This document shows positions 1-9,961 of a stretch of 64,000 nucleotides of DNA, piece after piece; positions within the stretch are counted from its first letter, which is position 1, and each line of letters opens with the position of its first letter. The stretch is taken from NCBI GenBank assembly GCA_963768655.1, contig CAVYIM010000004.1, forward strand, positions 512,001-576,000, in the 5' to 3' direction. The stretch comes from an uncultured Chloroflexia bacterium. Lineage in GTDB: Bacteria > Chloroflexota > Limnocylindria > Limnocylindrales > CSP1-4. The notes beneath the pieces are model-generated. The model made no database searches and was not told the origin of the DNA. It saw only the letters and a list, made by a program, of their open reading frames with translations. A program made the position numbers and the translations under genes.

Positions 1-710
1 CCGAGGCCTGCCTGCCTGACGCCGGTCCATATAGCCCGGCGATGAGTCAGGCGGCTGACACCCAGGCCGACGGCGAAGAGTGCGATCCCGGATGCGGCGA
101 TGCTGAGGGCGAAGGCAGCCTGCCCGCCGCCGAGGACCAGGAACGGCAGCAACGGCACGAAGGCACCCAGGGCAAACGCGCAGAGCGATCCGAACCCGGC
201 TGTCACCGGAGAGCCCATCGTCTGGCCCGAGAGCCCGATCTCTTCCCGAACGAAGGTGTCGATCGCCCGCTCCGGATCCTTCATGATCCTGGTAACGATG
301 AGATCGGCCTCGGCCCACGACAGGCCCTTGGCCTCGTAGATCTCGCGCAGGATGTCGCGTTCCTGCTCCGGCGTGTGGTGGAGCTGGTGGCGCTGCAGGT
401 CGATCTGGTAGTCGAGCAGCTCGCGCTGCGATCGAACGGACACGTACTCGCCCACGGCCATCGAGAAGCCGCCCGCCAGCAGCCCGGCGACTCCGGCGAT
501 GACGACCGCATGCGGGTCCTGGCCGGCCGCACCGGCGGCCCCCGCCACGCCCATGATCAGCGACAGGTTGCAGACCAGGCCGTCGGTCGCCCCGAACACG
601 ACGGGCCGGACGATGCTCGCGCCTCGTGTCTCGTGTGGACTCGCCGGCGGCTCGCGGAGCGAGCGAACGCGCGCGACAATCGCGCTGCGCTTGGCTGTGA
701 CGCGAGACAT
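1..710 (-). CDS. VIT1/CCC1 family Fe/Mn transporter (3' end runs off the window)
   Basis: Manual translation from ATG at 710 gives VRPVVFGATDGLVCNLSLIMGVAG...AGLLAGGFSMAVGEYVSVRSQRELL, the VIT1/CCC1 signature. There is no stop before position 1, which is why it is missing from the ORF track. Confidence 0.9.
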   Translation of the reverse strand, partial: MSRVTAKRSAIVARVRSLREPPASPHETRGASIVRPVVFGATDGLVCNLSLIMGVAGAAGAAGQDPHAVVIAGVAGLLAGGFSMAVGEYVSVRSQRELLDYQIDLQRHQLHHTPEQERDILREIYEAKGLSWAEADLIVTRIMKDPERAIDTFVREEIGLSGQTMGSPVTAGFGSLCAFALGAFVPLLPFLVLGGGQAAFALSIAASGIALFAVGLGVSRLTHRRAIWTGVRQAGL

Positions 711-720
711 CGATCCCTCG

Positions 721-2046
721 CTAGATGGGCCGGCCTTGCGGACCGGATTGTCGCGCATCCTGACGCGCCAGGCGAAGTGCCAGGGGGCGGGGCCACGGTC
801 CGTCCGTGCCGGTCATCGGGTGCAGTGCGTCGGGCAGGCGGCGCGCGGCGACGACGGCGATCCAGCCGCAGTAGAAGAGAAGCCACATGTTCGGCCCTAT
901 TGCCCCTACGCCGAGCACGAGCCAGACGGCCGTGCCGCTCTCCAGCATCAGGACCGCCGGCAGCGCGAAGACGAAGCCGTGCGGCCACAGCGACGGCGAG
1001 GCGACGATCGAGGCCAGGCCCAGAGCCGCCAGGCCGCGACGCCCGGAGAAGAGCAGGGCCGCCGCCACCACGCCGACGGAGAGCGTGACGAACACGGACC
1101 CGGGCATGAAGCGCGCTTCCGAGTAGCCGAACATCGAGATCACGGCCTGCTGCGAGTCGGACCGATAGCCGAGCCCGGCGACCCACGCCCGCCACGAGTC
1201 GAGTCCCACGATCGGCAGAGTCACTAAGGCAATCGCGGCGACGGCGGTCAGGCCCAGGATGAGTCCGCGCCAGCGCCTGGTGCGCACCAGCCACAGCGCC
1301 GGGATCGCGGACTGGATCTTGAAGAGGCCGTCGACCACGAGGCTCCCATTCGCTCGATACGCCAGCGCGAACAGCAGGAACGTCAGGCTGGCGACGTTGC
1401 CGGATTCGAAGCCGATCATCACCGGCGGGAAGGTCAGCAGCAGCGCGCTCCAGAGCGGTCGAAGGCCCAGCGCGCGAAACGAGCCGTAGGCGCAGGCGAC
1501 CATGAAGCCGACCCACGCCACCGCCACCGGCGGGTTCGGCAGCTTCGAGAGCAGCCCGAAGAAGGGCAGCAGCGGCGGGGGATAGAGGAAGAAGTCCTGG
1601 CCCGGGCTCGACGGCCAGACACTGACCGGCCCGGTCATGTACGGCTGTCCGCCCGCCAGCCAGCGCCCCGCCGATGCCAGGTACACGTCGAAGTCGTAGA
1701 GGTGGTTGGTCTGCTGCCAGAGCAGGACGTCGAACAGCAGCCAGCCGACGACGACCCACGTGACAAGCGTGACCAACCCCAGGCCGGGTCCGGATCTGCC
1801 GGCTGGAGTGAGGACCGATCGAACCCGCGCGACGGCGACGATGGCCGCGGTCGCGACGATCCACACGACCCCGAACGGCGGGCCACCGATCGGCTGCCCG
1901 AGCCGGTCCGCCAGCCCGGCGGCGATGATGGCCATGCCCACCGGCACCGCGGCGTTGACCGGGCCGACGCGTGCCCAGCGCAGGCTCGCCATCTCGGCGA
2001 CCCAGCCGCGCACGCCATCCACGAACGAAAGAAGGCCCTCAGTCAC
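721..2046 (-). CDS. GT87/DUF2029-like polytopic membrane glycosyltransferase
   Basis: Multi-TM protein with DFDVYL..A, FLYPP, GNV and SPSLWPH motifs typical of GT-C fold GT87. Confidence 0.75.
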   Translation of the reverse strand: MTEGLLSFVDGVRGWVAEMASLRWARVGPVNAAVPVGMAIIAAGLADRLGQPIGGPPFGVVWIVATAAIVAVARVRSVLTPAGRSGPGLGLVTLVTWVVVGWLLFDVLLWQQTNHLYDFDVYLASAGRWLAGGQPYMTGPVSVWPSSPGQDFFLYPPPLLPFFGLLSKLPNPPVAVAWVGFMVACAYGSFRALGLRPLWSALLLTFPPVMIGFESGNVASLTFLLFALAYRANGSLVVDGLFKIQSAIPALWLVRTRRWRGLILGLTAVAAIALVTLPIVGLDSWRAWVAGLGYRSDSQQAVISMFGYSEARFMPGSVFVTLSVGVVAAALLFSGRRGLAALGLASIVASPSLWPHGFVFALPAVLMLESGTAVWLVLGVGAIGPNMWLLFYCGWIAVVAARRLPDALHPMTGTDGPWPRPLALRLARQDARQSGPQGRPI

Positions 2047-2403
2047 CCGGCAATTCTAGGGTGCCCGACCGGCCTCGACCGGTTGCGCTCAGTGCTCACG
2101 GGGCTGGCCGGTACCAGTCCGCAGCCTCTTCATGGGCTCGAAGAGGCCGTTCCGTATGGGTTGGATCTCCACAGAACCGACTCAACCACCACCTGTATCC
2201 CGCCTCCGCCTGACTACATAACGGCTGAGCCGCTCCTTTTGCAACATGCGCCCGTCAAACGGCCCGGGCCGGCGATGTCGCCCCGAAGGCATCGACCACA
2301 GACCCTCAGGTTCAGGCGCACATTGAGGGCGAACGGTCACGCTCGATGCGCGCCTGCCGAACCGGTCGAGCGCGACGAGCGTCCCCGAAACGGGTTCTCG
2401 ACC

Positions 2404-2766
2404 TTACCGCCGAAGGTAGATCGCCCGTCGCTCGCAATCAGCGGCGATGGCAGAGAGACGGCCGATGAGCTCTGCTTCAGTCGGAACGGCGTCTTCTCTG
2501 CGCCCCGTGGCCAGCACTCCACGGGACGACGCGATGCTCACGATCTCGGTCTGAGCTCGGCTCGCGAAGGCCAGGTCCTCGCGTGCATCGTCCAGCTTCC
2601 GCTCCGAGTAGTACCTGGTCCACCGCGAAAGCTCCGCGAAGTCCACCTCGTCATGCGCGTCTCGCCACATGACCGAGTGCCGTTGTATGACGTCGTTGGC
2701 AGCGGCCGACAGGTCGTCGGCGGCCAGGCGAGCCCGTTCCTCGGCAGCATCGAAGTCCTGAGTCAT
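2404..2766 (-). CDS. Hypothetical protein (120 aa, helical)
   Basis: ATG start preceded by GGAGG; normal amino-acid composition; no recognisable motif. Confidence 0.55.
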   Translation of the reverse strand: MTQDFDAAEERARLAADDLSAAANDVIQRHSVMWRDAHDEVDFAELSRWTRYYSERKLDDAREDLAFASRAQTEIVSIASSRGVLATGRREDAVPTEAELIGRLSAIAADCERRAIYLRR

Positions 2767-2928
2767 TGTCCCAACCTCCCGACCCAGTCGACTATGGTGA
2801 CCGGGTCAACGTTCGTTCAATGTCGGCGGCCGGTCAAGGGCGGAGCGGCACTGCCTTCTGGCGCTGCGCCGAGGCGGAAGCCGCGCCTTCTGTGCCGCGG
2901 GGCGTTCGCATCGGCCTACCATGAGGGC

Positions 2929-4737
2929 GTGCTGAGCCGAGCCCGCATCTCCATCGCGCGACCCGGTCGCCCGCCACTCGGGGGACTGGCGATCGCGTGT
3001 GTCGGGCTCGTGCTGACGACGGTCCTCGCCGCGGTCATCGTTCACGCCCTCAAGGTGCCCGACGCCTCGATCGTCTACCTGTTGCCGGTCGTGGCCGTCG
3101 GCATGGCGTACGGCAGCAGACTCGCGATCGCAACCTCCGTCGCGTCGTTCCTCATCTACGACTTCTTCTTCGTGAAGCCGCTCTACACGTTCTCCGTCGC
3201 CGCGCCGGAGGAGTGGCTGGATCTGCTGCTCTTCCTGGTCGTGGCGATCGCCATCGGCCGGCTCAGCGCTATGCAGCTCCAGCGCCGGCGCGAAGCGGAA
3301 TTGCGCACCTCCGAGGCTCGCGCCATGTTCGCCATGAGCCGCGACGCCGCGAACGCGGCCACGGCCCTCGAGGCGGCGCCGCTGCTGGCCAGCCGGCTGG
3401 TGCGCCAGGCCGAGATGGACCGCGTCTGGGTCGGCCTGGGCGGGTCCGTCGCGGAGGAACGCGTGGTGGCCGACAGCCGGCCCGAAGAGCCCCGGCCGTC
3501 GCTGGTCTCGCGCTGGGTGATGCACTCGAGCTCCGCCGAGGCGCAGCCGAGCTGGACCAGGGTGCGAGAGACAGGCGGCGGCCGACTCCACGAGCACGTC
3601 CGCGAGCCGGGCCACGATGCCGGCCACGAGCCAGGGCACGATGCCGGCCACGAGCCCGGACATGAACAAGCGCACGAGCGCGACGAACCGGTGACCGTCT
3701 TCCGCGTCCCGATCCAGGCCGGCGGGGAGATCATCGGCTCCGTGTGGGCGACCCGCGTCCACGGCGATCCGTTCCCGGGCCGATCCCACACCCGGCTGCT
3801 CGCCGCCGCCGCCGATCAGCTCGGCCAGTCGGTCGTGCGTGACCGCCTCGCCGCCGAGGCCACTGCCGCCGAAGTCGCCCGCCAGGGCGACGCGCTCAAG
3901 TCGGCCCTGCTCGATTCGGTCTCGCACGACCTGCGCACGCCGCTGGCGGCGATCCGCGCGGCTGCCGGGAACCTCATGGATCCGGACGTCGACTGGACGC
4001 GCGACGAGGAGCGCGCCGCCGCCAGCTCGATCGACGCCGAGGCGCAGCGCCTCAGCCGCCTGGTCCGCAACATGCTCGACCTGAGCCGGATCGAGGGCGG
4101 AGCGCTGCACCCGTCGCTGGAGCTGTACGACCTGTCCGACCTGGTGGATCCGGTGGTCGAACGCCTGACGCCGGTGCTCGCGCCCGCGCTGGTGGAGGTT
4201 TCGATTCCGGACGACCTGCCGCCGGTGCGCGTCGACGCGATCTTCGTCGACCAGATCCTGACCAACCTGCTGGAGAACGCAGCCCGCTACGCCGCCGGCA
4301 AAGGGATCCGCGTCACGGCCGAATGCCCGTCCGACGGCAGGGTCGAGCTGACGGTCGAGGACGCCGGGCCGGGCGTTCCGGCTGCCGCGCTGACCCACCT
4401 CTTCGAGCGCTTCTACCGAGGGCCGCGGCGGCTGGGCTCGCGCAGCGAGGGCGGATCCGGCATCGGGCTGACGGTCGTCCGCGGCCTGGCGGAGGCGATG
4501 GGCGGTTCGGCGGAGGCGCGCCCCAGCGAGCTGGGCGGACTGGCGGTTGCGGTCAGGCTGCCGGTCGAAGCGACGGCACCGGCGGGCGAGGCGGAGGCCG
4601 AAGCCGCGGCGGAGCCGGCGGCCGGCGCGGTCGAACCGGCGACCGAACCCGCCGTCGAGCCGGCCGCGCCCGCGGGCGATTCGGTGGCACCGGCGGTCGA
4701 CCAGGTCGAGCTGGCAGCCGAAGCGGCCGAAATCGAA
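2929..4737 (+). CDS. kdpD: KdpD-type membrane sensor kinase (DUF4118-GAF-HisKA-HATPase, lacks the KdpD N-terminal domain); in this sequence it reads in frame into the response regulator
   Basis: TM region with YDFFFVKPLYTFSV, H-box SVSHDLRTPL, N-box NLLENAARY, G-boxes DAGPG and GSGIGL. Likely GTG start at 2929. Confidence 0.85.
3604..3675 (+). repeat. 24-nt tandem repeat x3 encoding a His-rich insertion (EPGHDAGH)2-EPGHEQAH
   Basis: gagccgggccacgatgccggccac / gagccagggcacgatgccggccac / gagcccggacatgaacaagcgcac. Confidence 0.9.
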
Positions 4738-5442
4738 ATGAGCGATGGCGGCGCTGTCGTCCTGATCGTCGAGGATGACGAAACGGCGCGGACCGCGATC
4801 GCCGGCAATCTGCGGGCGCGCGGCCACGAGGTCGACGAGGCGGGCGACGTGCGCGAGGCACTGCGGTTGTGGGATTGCCGCCGCCCGGACCTCATCCTGC
4901 TCGACCTGGGATTGCCCGACCTGGACGGCCAGGCGGTCATCCTGCGGGTCCGGCGCGAGGCCACGACGCCGATCATCGTCGTCTCGGCCCGGGGTCGCGA
5001 AGAGGATCGCGTCGCCGCTCTCGACGCCGGCGCCGACGACTACCTGACCAAGCCCTTCGGCCTGTCGGAGCTGCACGCCCGAATGCGGGCGGTCCTGCGG
5101 CGAGCGGCCGGTCCGGAGGCCGACACGGAGGGGCGGCTGCACCTCGGTCCCGTGGTCATGGACGTGCCGCGCCACGAGGTCAGCGTGGGCGGGACGCCGG
5201 TGGAGCTGACCCCGCGCGAGTTCGAGCTGCTCAAGATCCTGCTGTCGCAATCGGGGCGAGTCGTGACGGCGGGCCGGCTGCTCCGCGCCGTCTGGGGCAC
5301 GGCTTACTCGGACGAGGGCCACTACCTGCACGTCTACGTCTCGCGGCTGCGCCGCAAGCTCGCTGCCGCCGATCCGTCCGGCGCGGCCGCCAGGCTGATC
5401 GTCGCCGAGCCGGGCGTGGGCTACCGCATCGTCGCGGAGTAG
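4738..5442 (+). CDS. kdpE: KdpE-like OmpR-family response regulator
   Basis: VLIVEDD, LLDLGLPDLDG, GADDYLTKPF, LTPREFELL, LLRAVWG..Y..E.HYLHVYVSRLRRKL, EPGVGYR. Confidence 0.9.
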   Translation: MSDGGAVVLIVEDDETARTAIAGNLRARGHEVDEAGDVREALRLWDCRRPDLILLDLGLPDLDGQAVILRVRREATTPIIVVSARGREEDRVAALDAGADDYLTKPFGLSELHARMRAVLRRAAGPEADTEGRLHLGPVVMDVPRHEVSVGGTPVELTPREFELLKILLSQSGRVVTAGRLLRAVWGTAYSDEGHYLHVYVSRLRRKLAAADPSGAAARLIVAEPGVGYRIVAE

Positions 5443-6063
5443 GGGAGTCGGCCTCAGGGCGCGACCTCCGAGCCGCAGCGGGGTCCGCGGAGTTCGGCCG
5501 GCCGCCCGCCGGCCCGTCGTTCGCGCACAGGGCGGCGGTTCCGGTTCCCGGCGTCGCGGCGGACGTCGCCGCCGTCTCGCCGCCCGAACTTAGGGCCACT
5601 CCCCGGCCTGCGGCCGCACCGCAACGATGCTATCGCGGATGAGCTCGCACTCGGACTCGTCGGTACCACGCGGCAGCCGCGCCGAAAGTCGAGCTCGAGC
5701 GTGGACGCCGGCAGGCGGCGCCGCGTGTGGACTCGCCGGCAGGCGGGCCAGTTTCTTGCAGATACGCCTGTCAGGCGTGTTGTCCGCGATTGGAGCCGTT
5801 CCGGGCGAGCGGGACCGCTACCAAAGACTCCGATCCACGCTCGGGCGAGCGTGATGAAGCCCTGGCAAGGGCCGTGGATCGGTGCGCTGGGCACAGAGTC
5901 CGCGTCCAACACTCCCGCAGGGCGTAGATGACCGAATCCGGGCAGCCTCGGGGCTCGGGCGGCTTCGGCTCCCGCCCGCGGGTCGCCGCCGCGGGCCGCC
6001 GCCACGGGTCGCGTCCGGGGGCGGACCTCGAGATCTCCGCGCAACCCGAGCCGGTGGTCGAGC

Positions 6064-7413
6064 CTACGGCTCTGGCAACGGAGACGGCGCAGGGCACTTG
6101 GCGGCCATCACCGACCGGACCGGCGAGTCGGGCTTGATCACGCTCTTCAGCGCGGACCACGGGATGACGACCTCTCGCTGGTACAGGGAGGCGGCAGGCC
6201 ACGATGCCACCGTGGGATCCTGGAAGACGAGGTGCAAACCGTCACACTCCGGGTGCCACATCGCCGCCTCGAGGGCATCGGGCGCCGTTGCCGCGGCGTA
6301 GGCGCCACCGTCTGACGCCAGACCCATGATCTGCCGGGTTTGCGCCGAGAGGACGGCCAGGCCGTTCGCCGGGTTCGTGAACAGCTCGTCTACGCCGATC
6401 CTGTGCCCGTCCGAGAGATCGAACTCGAGGTAGGCCGTCCACTCCGGGATGGTCACCGAGGGGGCGGGATCCAGTGTCGGGTCCATGATCACGTTGATCC
6501 GAAGCCACCCCGGTAGCGAGGTGTCCGCCACCCACGAGCCGAACAGCTGACCGGTGCCGGTTTGCGGAAGCAGACGTCCTCTGAGCGTCGCCAGGTCCGC
6601 GGCGAGCTGAGCCGCCCACTGTTCGGCGGCCCCGGAGATTGCCTGGTTGATGGTGGCGTCCGTGGCCGTGCCGCCGGGCGTTCCAGACACCGTCGGGTAG
6701 TTGAAGTTCCATGTGACCACGCCTGTCGGATCGTCCCCCTGGTATCTGGTCGGGCAGACCGAGTAGCTCTGGTCCGTCGGCGGCGCTCCCTCGTACGTTG
6801 CGAACGAGCCGGGCCCGTAGATCCACCACAACGGAGCCGAGACGCTAGTGATCACAGTCGATGTCGAATCCTGGTCGGCGGCCACCAGAACTTCCGACGG
6901 ATATGTCGTCACCGCAAAGCTGCCCGTCTGACCGCAGGTCAGCTGGCCGACAACCTGCTCGCCGACGGTCACCGTCATGAGGCTTGCCCCGCGATTGACG
7001 GCCCAGATCCGCGTGGCGCCCGGTGGGAACGGGGTTGGGACCGGAGTTGGGCCTGGCGTGGGCGGCGTGGGAATCGGGGGCGGCCAGGGCGCTGCCGTGG
7101 CTTGCGCCGTCGCCGAGGCCGTGGCCGTCGCGCCGGGCCCGGTGAGCCCGAGGTCGGTCCGGCCGAGCTGCGCCCACGGCAGCGCAGCAAGTACGAAGCC
7201 GGCGATGACCATCGCCACGAGTGCGGCCGGGGCCAACCTGGCCAGGTCATGCCGGAGGCCGCGGCCGGCCACCCGCGTCTCGCCTCGGGCCCGGATCGAT
7301 CTGACGATCCGGCCGTGGAGCTTGACCGGGACCGGTGAGCCGGCCAGCTCTTCGTAGTAGGACGAGAGCGACCTGTCGAGCAGGCCGTCGTCGGGCGCGT
7401 CAATGCCGCTCAT
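6064..7413 (-). CDS. Putative anti-sigma factor with one TM helix, a Pro/Thr linker and a C-terminal RsiV/DUF3298-like domain
   Basis: Overlaps the ECF sigma stop (ATGA). C-terminus FDLSDGHRIGVDELF...GLHLVF...EVVIPWSALKSVIKP resembles DUF3298. Confidence 0.6.
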   Translation of the reverse strand: MSGIDAPDDGLLDRSLSSYYEELAGSPVPVKLHGRIVRSIRARGETRVAGRGLRHDLARLAPAALVAMVIAGFVLAALPWAQLGRTDLGLTGPGATATASATAQATAAPWPPPIPTPPTPGPTPVPTPFPPGATRIWAVNRGASLMTVTVGEQVVGQLTCGQTGSFAVTTYPSEVLVAADQDSTSTVITSVSAPLWWIYGPGSFATYEGAPPTDQSYSVCPTRYQGDDPTGVVTWNFNYPTVSGTPGGTATDATINQAISGAAEQWAAQLAADLATLRGRLLPQTGTGQLFGSWVADTSLPGWLRINVIMDPTLDPAPSVTIPEWTAYLEFDLSDGHRIGVDELFTNPANGLAVLSAQTRQIMGLASDGGAYAAATAPDALEAAMWHPECDGLHLVFQDPTVASWPAASLYQREVVIPWSALKSVIKPDSPVRSVMAAKCPAPSPLPEP

Positions 7414-7964
7414 CGAGGTCCCTCCGGCCGCGTGCGGGACGCGGCGAGTGCGCTGCGGAGTCTCTGGCGCGCCAGGTACAGGCGCGACTTGATGGTTCCC
7501 TCAGGTTGGCCCAGGCGTCGGGCGATCTCGGTGATTTCGAGGTCGCGCCCGAACCGAAGGGCGAGCACGATCTGCTCGTCGGGCGTAAGGGCGGCGATGG
7601 CTCGACCGAGCTCGTCGCGATCGGCCATCTCACTCGAGGTGTCCGGGCGGCTCGCCTCGGCCGCGGGGGTCAGCTCGCCGACTCGGTGGCGGGAAGCCTC
7701 TCGCAGCCGGTCGCGGCACTTGTTGGCCACGATCCGGGCGAACCAGGCGTCGAGCGCGTCCGGGTCGCGCAGGCTCGTGCGATGCTCCCAGGCTGCCAGA
7801 ACCGCATCGTGAGCGACGTCCTCCGCGGCGCACGGGTCGCGCAGCATCACGGTCGCCAGACGGTATGCCTCCGGCAGGACGCGCACGACGAACGCCTCCA
7901 TCGTCTCGACCGTCGTCAGGTCGACGACTTCCGCCCGAAGTCTCACGACGGCGTCTCCCGCCAC
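7410..7964 (-). CDS. ECF RNA polymerase sigma-70 factor
   Basis: AEDVAHDAVLAAW, AWFARIVANKCRD, EIARRLGQPEGTIKSRLYLAR (regions 2 and 4). Confidence 0.9.
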   Translation of the reverse strand: MAGDAVVRLRAEVVDLTTVETMEAFVVRVLPEAYRLATVMLRDPCAAEDVAHDAVLAAWEHRTSLRDPDALDAWFARIVANKCRDRLREASRHRVGELTPAAEASRPDTSSEMADRDELGRAIAALTPDEQIVLALRFGRDLEITEIARRLGQPEGTIKSRLYLARQRLRSALAASRTRPEGPR

Positions 7965-8205
7965 CGACTCTCCCAGCGCTCTTGCGGCCGAACACGGTCG
8001 GCCTCACGTGTACGACGCGCCAGCGGCGCCTCAGGTTGAGGTTGGCGGCGCGGCCGCGTGAGCCCAGCTCGGTCCGGCGGGTAGAAGCGCGTTCCCTCGA
8101 TGTGCACGAGGCGATGGTAGTCAGGCGCCGGGCGCCGCGGAGCGCACCTGAGCGGGCCGCGGCCGGCCTTGCCGCCGCGGTCGGCTCTTCGGACGTGCCG
8201 CCGCC

Positions 8206-9360
8206 CTACGGCGTCTTTGCCGGCTGGCCGATGATGTGGATCTCCAGGCCCGGTACGGCGTCCAGCAATCGATCGGCCAGCGTGGGGCGGCCCAGGCCGA
8301 TGCCGCGGCGGGGTTCGTGGGCCAGGACCACGTGGCTGACGCGATGCTCGGCTATGACCTCAGCCAGCCCGCGGGCCAGGTCGGTGGCTTCGCCCCGCAC
8401 GACCTCGCCGCCCAGGTCCACCGCGTAGTCCACGTTGGCCTGCAGGTTCTGGCGGCGGTCGCGCGATTGCTGGATCGCGGGCGTCTCGATGGCCACGGCG
8501 ATCCAGGTGGCATGCAGCGCGCTGGCCAGAGACGAGGCGCGGCGAAGCGCTCGCCGGCAGGCGGGTGACTCGTCGACCAGGGCCATGACCCGCTCGGTGA
8601 CCGGCGGAATGGCGATGCCCTGGAGCGATACCGCGCCCTCCAGCTCCTGGTCCGCCCGCCCGGCCAGGAACCGCAGCGACAGGTCGCGCAGGGCCATCAG
8701 GTTGGGCTCGGTGAAGAAGCGCTCCAGGGCGATGACGGCTCGTTCCGGCGGATAGACGTTGCCGTGGCGCATGCGCTGGCGGAGCGCGTGCGGGCTCATG
8801 TCCACCAGCTCGATCTCGTCGGCGGCCCGGACCACGTCGTCGGGGATGCGCTCGTGAACCGGCACGCCCAGGATCGTCTCGACCGCGTCGGCGACGGACT
8901 CCACGTGCTGGACGTTGCACGTGCTGACGACCTCGATGCCGGCGTCGCGAATAGCCTCCACGTCCTGCCAGCGCTTCTCTCGAGGGGAACCCGGGACGTT
9001 GGTATGGGCCAGCTCGTCGACCAGGGCGACGGCGGGGTGGCGGGCGATGACCGCGTCGGCGTCCATCTCCTCGATGGCCACGCCGCGGTACTCCACGCGG
9101 CGGCGCGGGACGACCTCCAGGCCATCGAGGAGCGCCGCCGTGTGGCGCCGGCCATACGTCTCGACGAAGCCGACCACCACGTCCGTGCCGCGATCGTGTC
9201 GGCGGTGCGCCTCCTCGAGCATCTTGTAGGTCTTGCCGACACCGGGCGCCATGCCCATGTAGATGCGCAGCCGGGCCCGTTGCGGCTTCTGGTCGACCGC
9301 CAGGCGGGCGAGCATCTGGTCGCCTGTTGGCCGGCCGGGGTCGGCCGAGTCGGTGGTCAT
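8206..9360 (-). CDS. kdpD: Stand-alone KdpD N-terminal (sensor) plus USP domain protein
   Basis: LRIYMGMAPGVGKTY, LVDELAHTN, KRWQDV, NVQHVES, FF...NLMALR; C-terminal USP domain; no TM or kinase domain. Confidence 0.92.
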   Translation of the reverse strand: MTTDSADPGRPTGDQMLARLAVDQKPQRARLRIYMGMAPGVGKTYKMLEEAHRRHDRGTDVVVGFVETYGRRHTAALLDGLEVVPRRRVEYRGVAIEEMDADAVIARHPAVALVDELAHTNVPGSPREKRWQDVEAIRDAGIEVVSTCNVQHVESVADAVETILGVPVHERIPDDVVRAADEIELVDMSPHALRQRMRHGNVYPPERAVIALERFFTEPNLMALRDLSLRFLAGRADQELEGAVSLQGIAIPPVTERVMALVDESPACRRALRRASSLASALHATWIAVAIETPAIQQSRDRRQNLQANVDYAVDLGGEVVRGEATDLARGLAEVIAEHRVSHVVLAHEPRRGIGLGRPTLADRLLDAVPGLEIHIIGQPAKTP

Positions 9361-9370
9361 CTCAGGCCTG

Positions 9371-9952
9371 TCATTTCAGCAACCCGTCGAGATCGAGGTT
9401 CAGCTCCAGGACGCGTACGGTCGGCTCGCCGATGAACCCCAGGAACGGTTGCGTGGTGTGGCGAGCCACGACCGCCCGGACCGCATCCTCGGTCATGCCG
9501 CGGGCTTTGGCAACGCGCGGCACCTGGTACTCGGCGGCGGCCGGGCTGATGTCCGGATCCAGGCCGGAGGCCGAGGCGGTCACGAGCTCGATCGGGACCG
9601 GCGCGTCGCCGTTGGCCGCCCGTTCCGCGTCCACGCGCGCGGTGATCTCGGTTATCAGCGCTTGCGACGTGGACGAGAGGTTCGATCCGCCCGAGAGCGT
9701 CGGGTCGTAGCCGTTCGCTCCTGCCGCGGAGGGCCGGCCCCAGAAGTACTGCGGCGCGTCGAAGGCCTGGCCGATCAGGCTCGAGCCGACCGTCGTGCCG
9801 TCGACGACGATCATCGAGCCGTTGGCCTGGCTCGGGAAGACCGCCTGGGCGATTACCGTCACCACGGCCGGATAGATCAGGCCGGTGATGACCGTGAACG
9901 CCAGCAGGATCGACACCGCCGGCCAGAGCTGGGTTCGTACGAAGCTTCGCAT
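9371..9952 (-). CDS. kdpC: K+-transporting ATPase subunit C
   Basis: QANGS, GSSLIGQ.F..PQYFWGRPSA, SGGSNL, VTASASGLDPDIS, GEPTVRVLELNL. Confidence 0.97.
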   Translation of the reverse strand: MRSFVRTQLWPAVSILLAFTVITGLIYPAVVTVIAQAVFPSQANGSMIVVDGTTVGSSLIGQAFDAPQYFWGRPSAAGANGYDPTLSGGSNLSSTSQALITEITARVDAERAANGDAPVPIELVTASASGLDPDISPAAAEYQVPRVAKARGMTEDAVRAVVARHTTQPFLGFIGEPTVRVLELNLDLDGLLK

Positions 9953-9961
9953 CGTGGTCTC

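Noticed and set aside
1702-2928. N-terminal ~400 aa of the 1246-aa ORF
   Set aside because: It overlaps the GT87 gene and 2404-2766 on the opposite strand and is Arg/Pro-rich; kinase homology starts near 2929.
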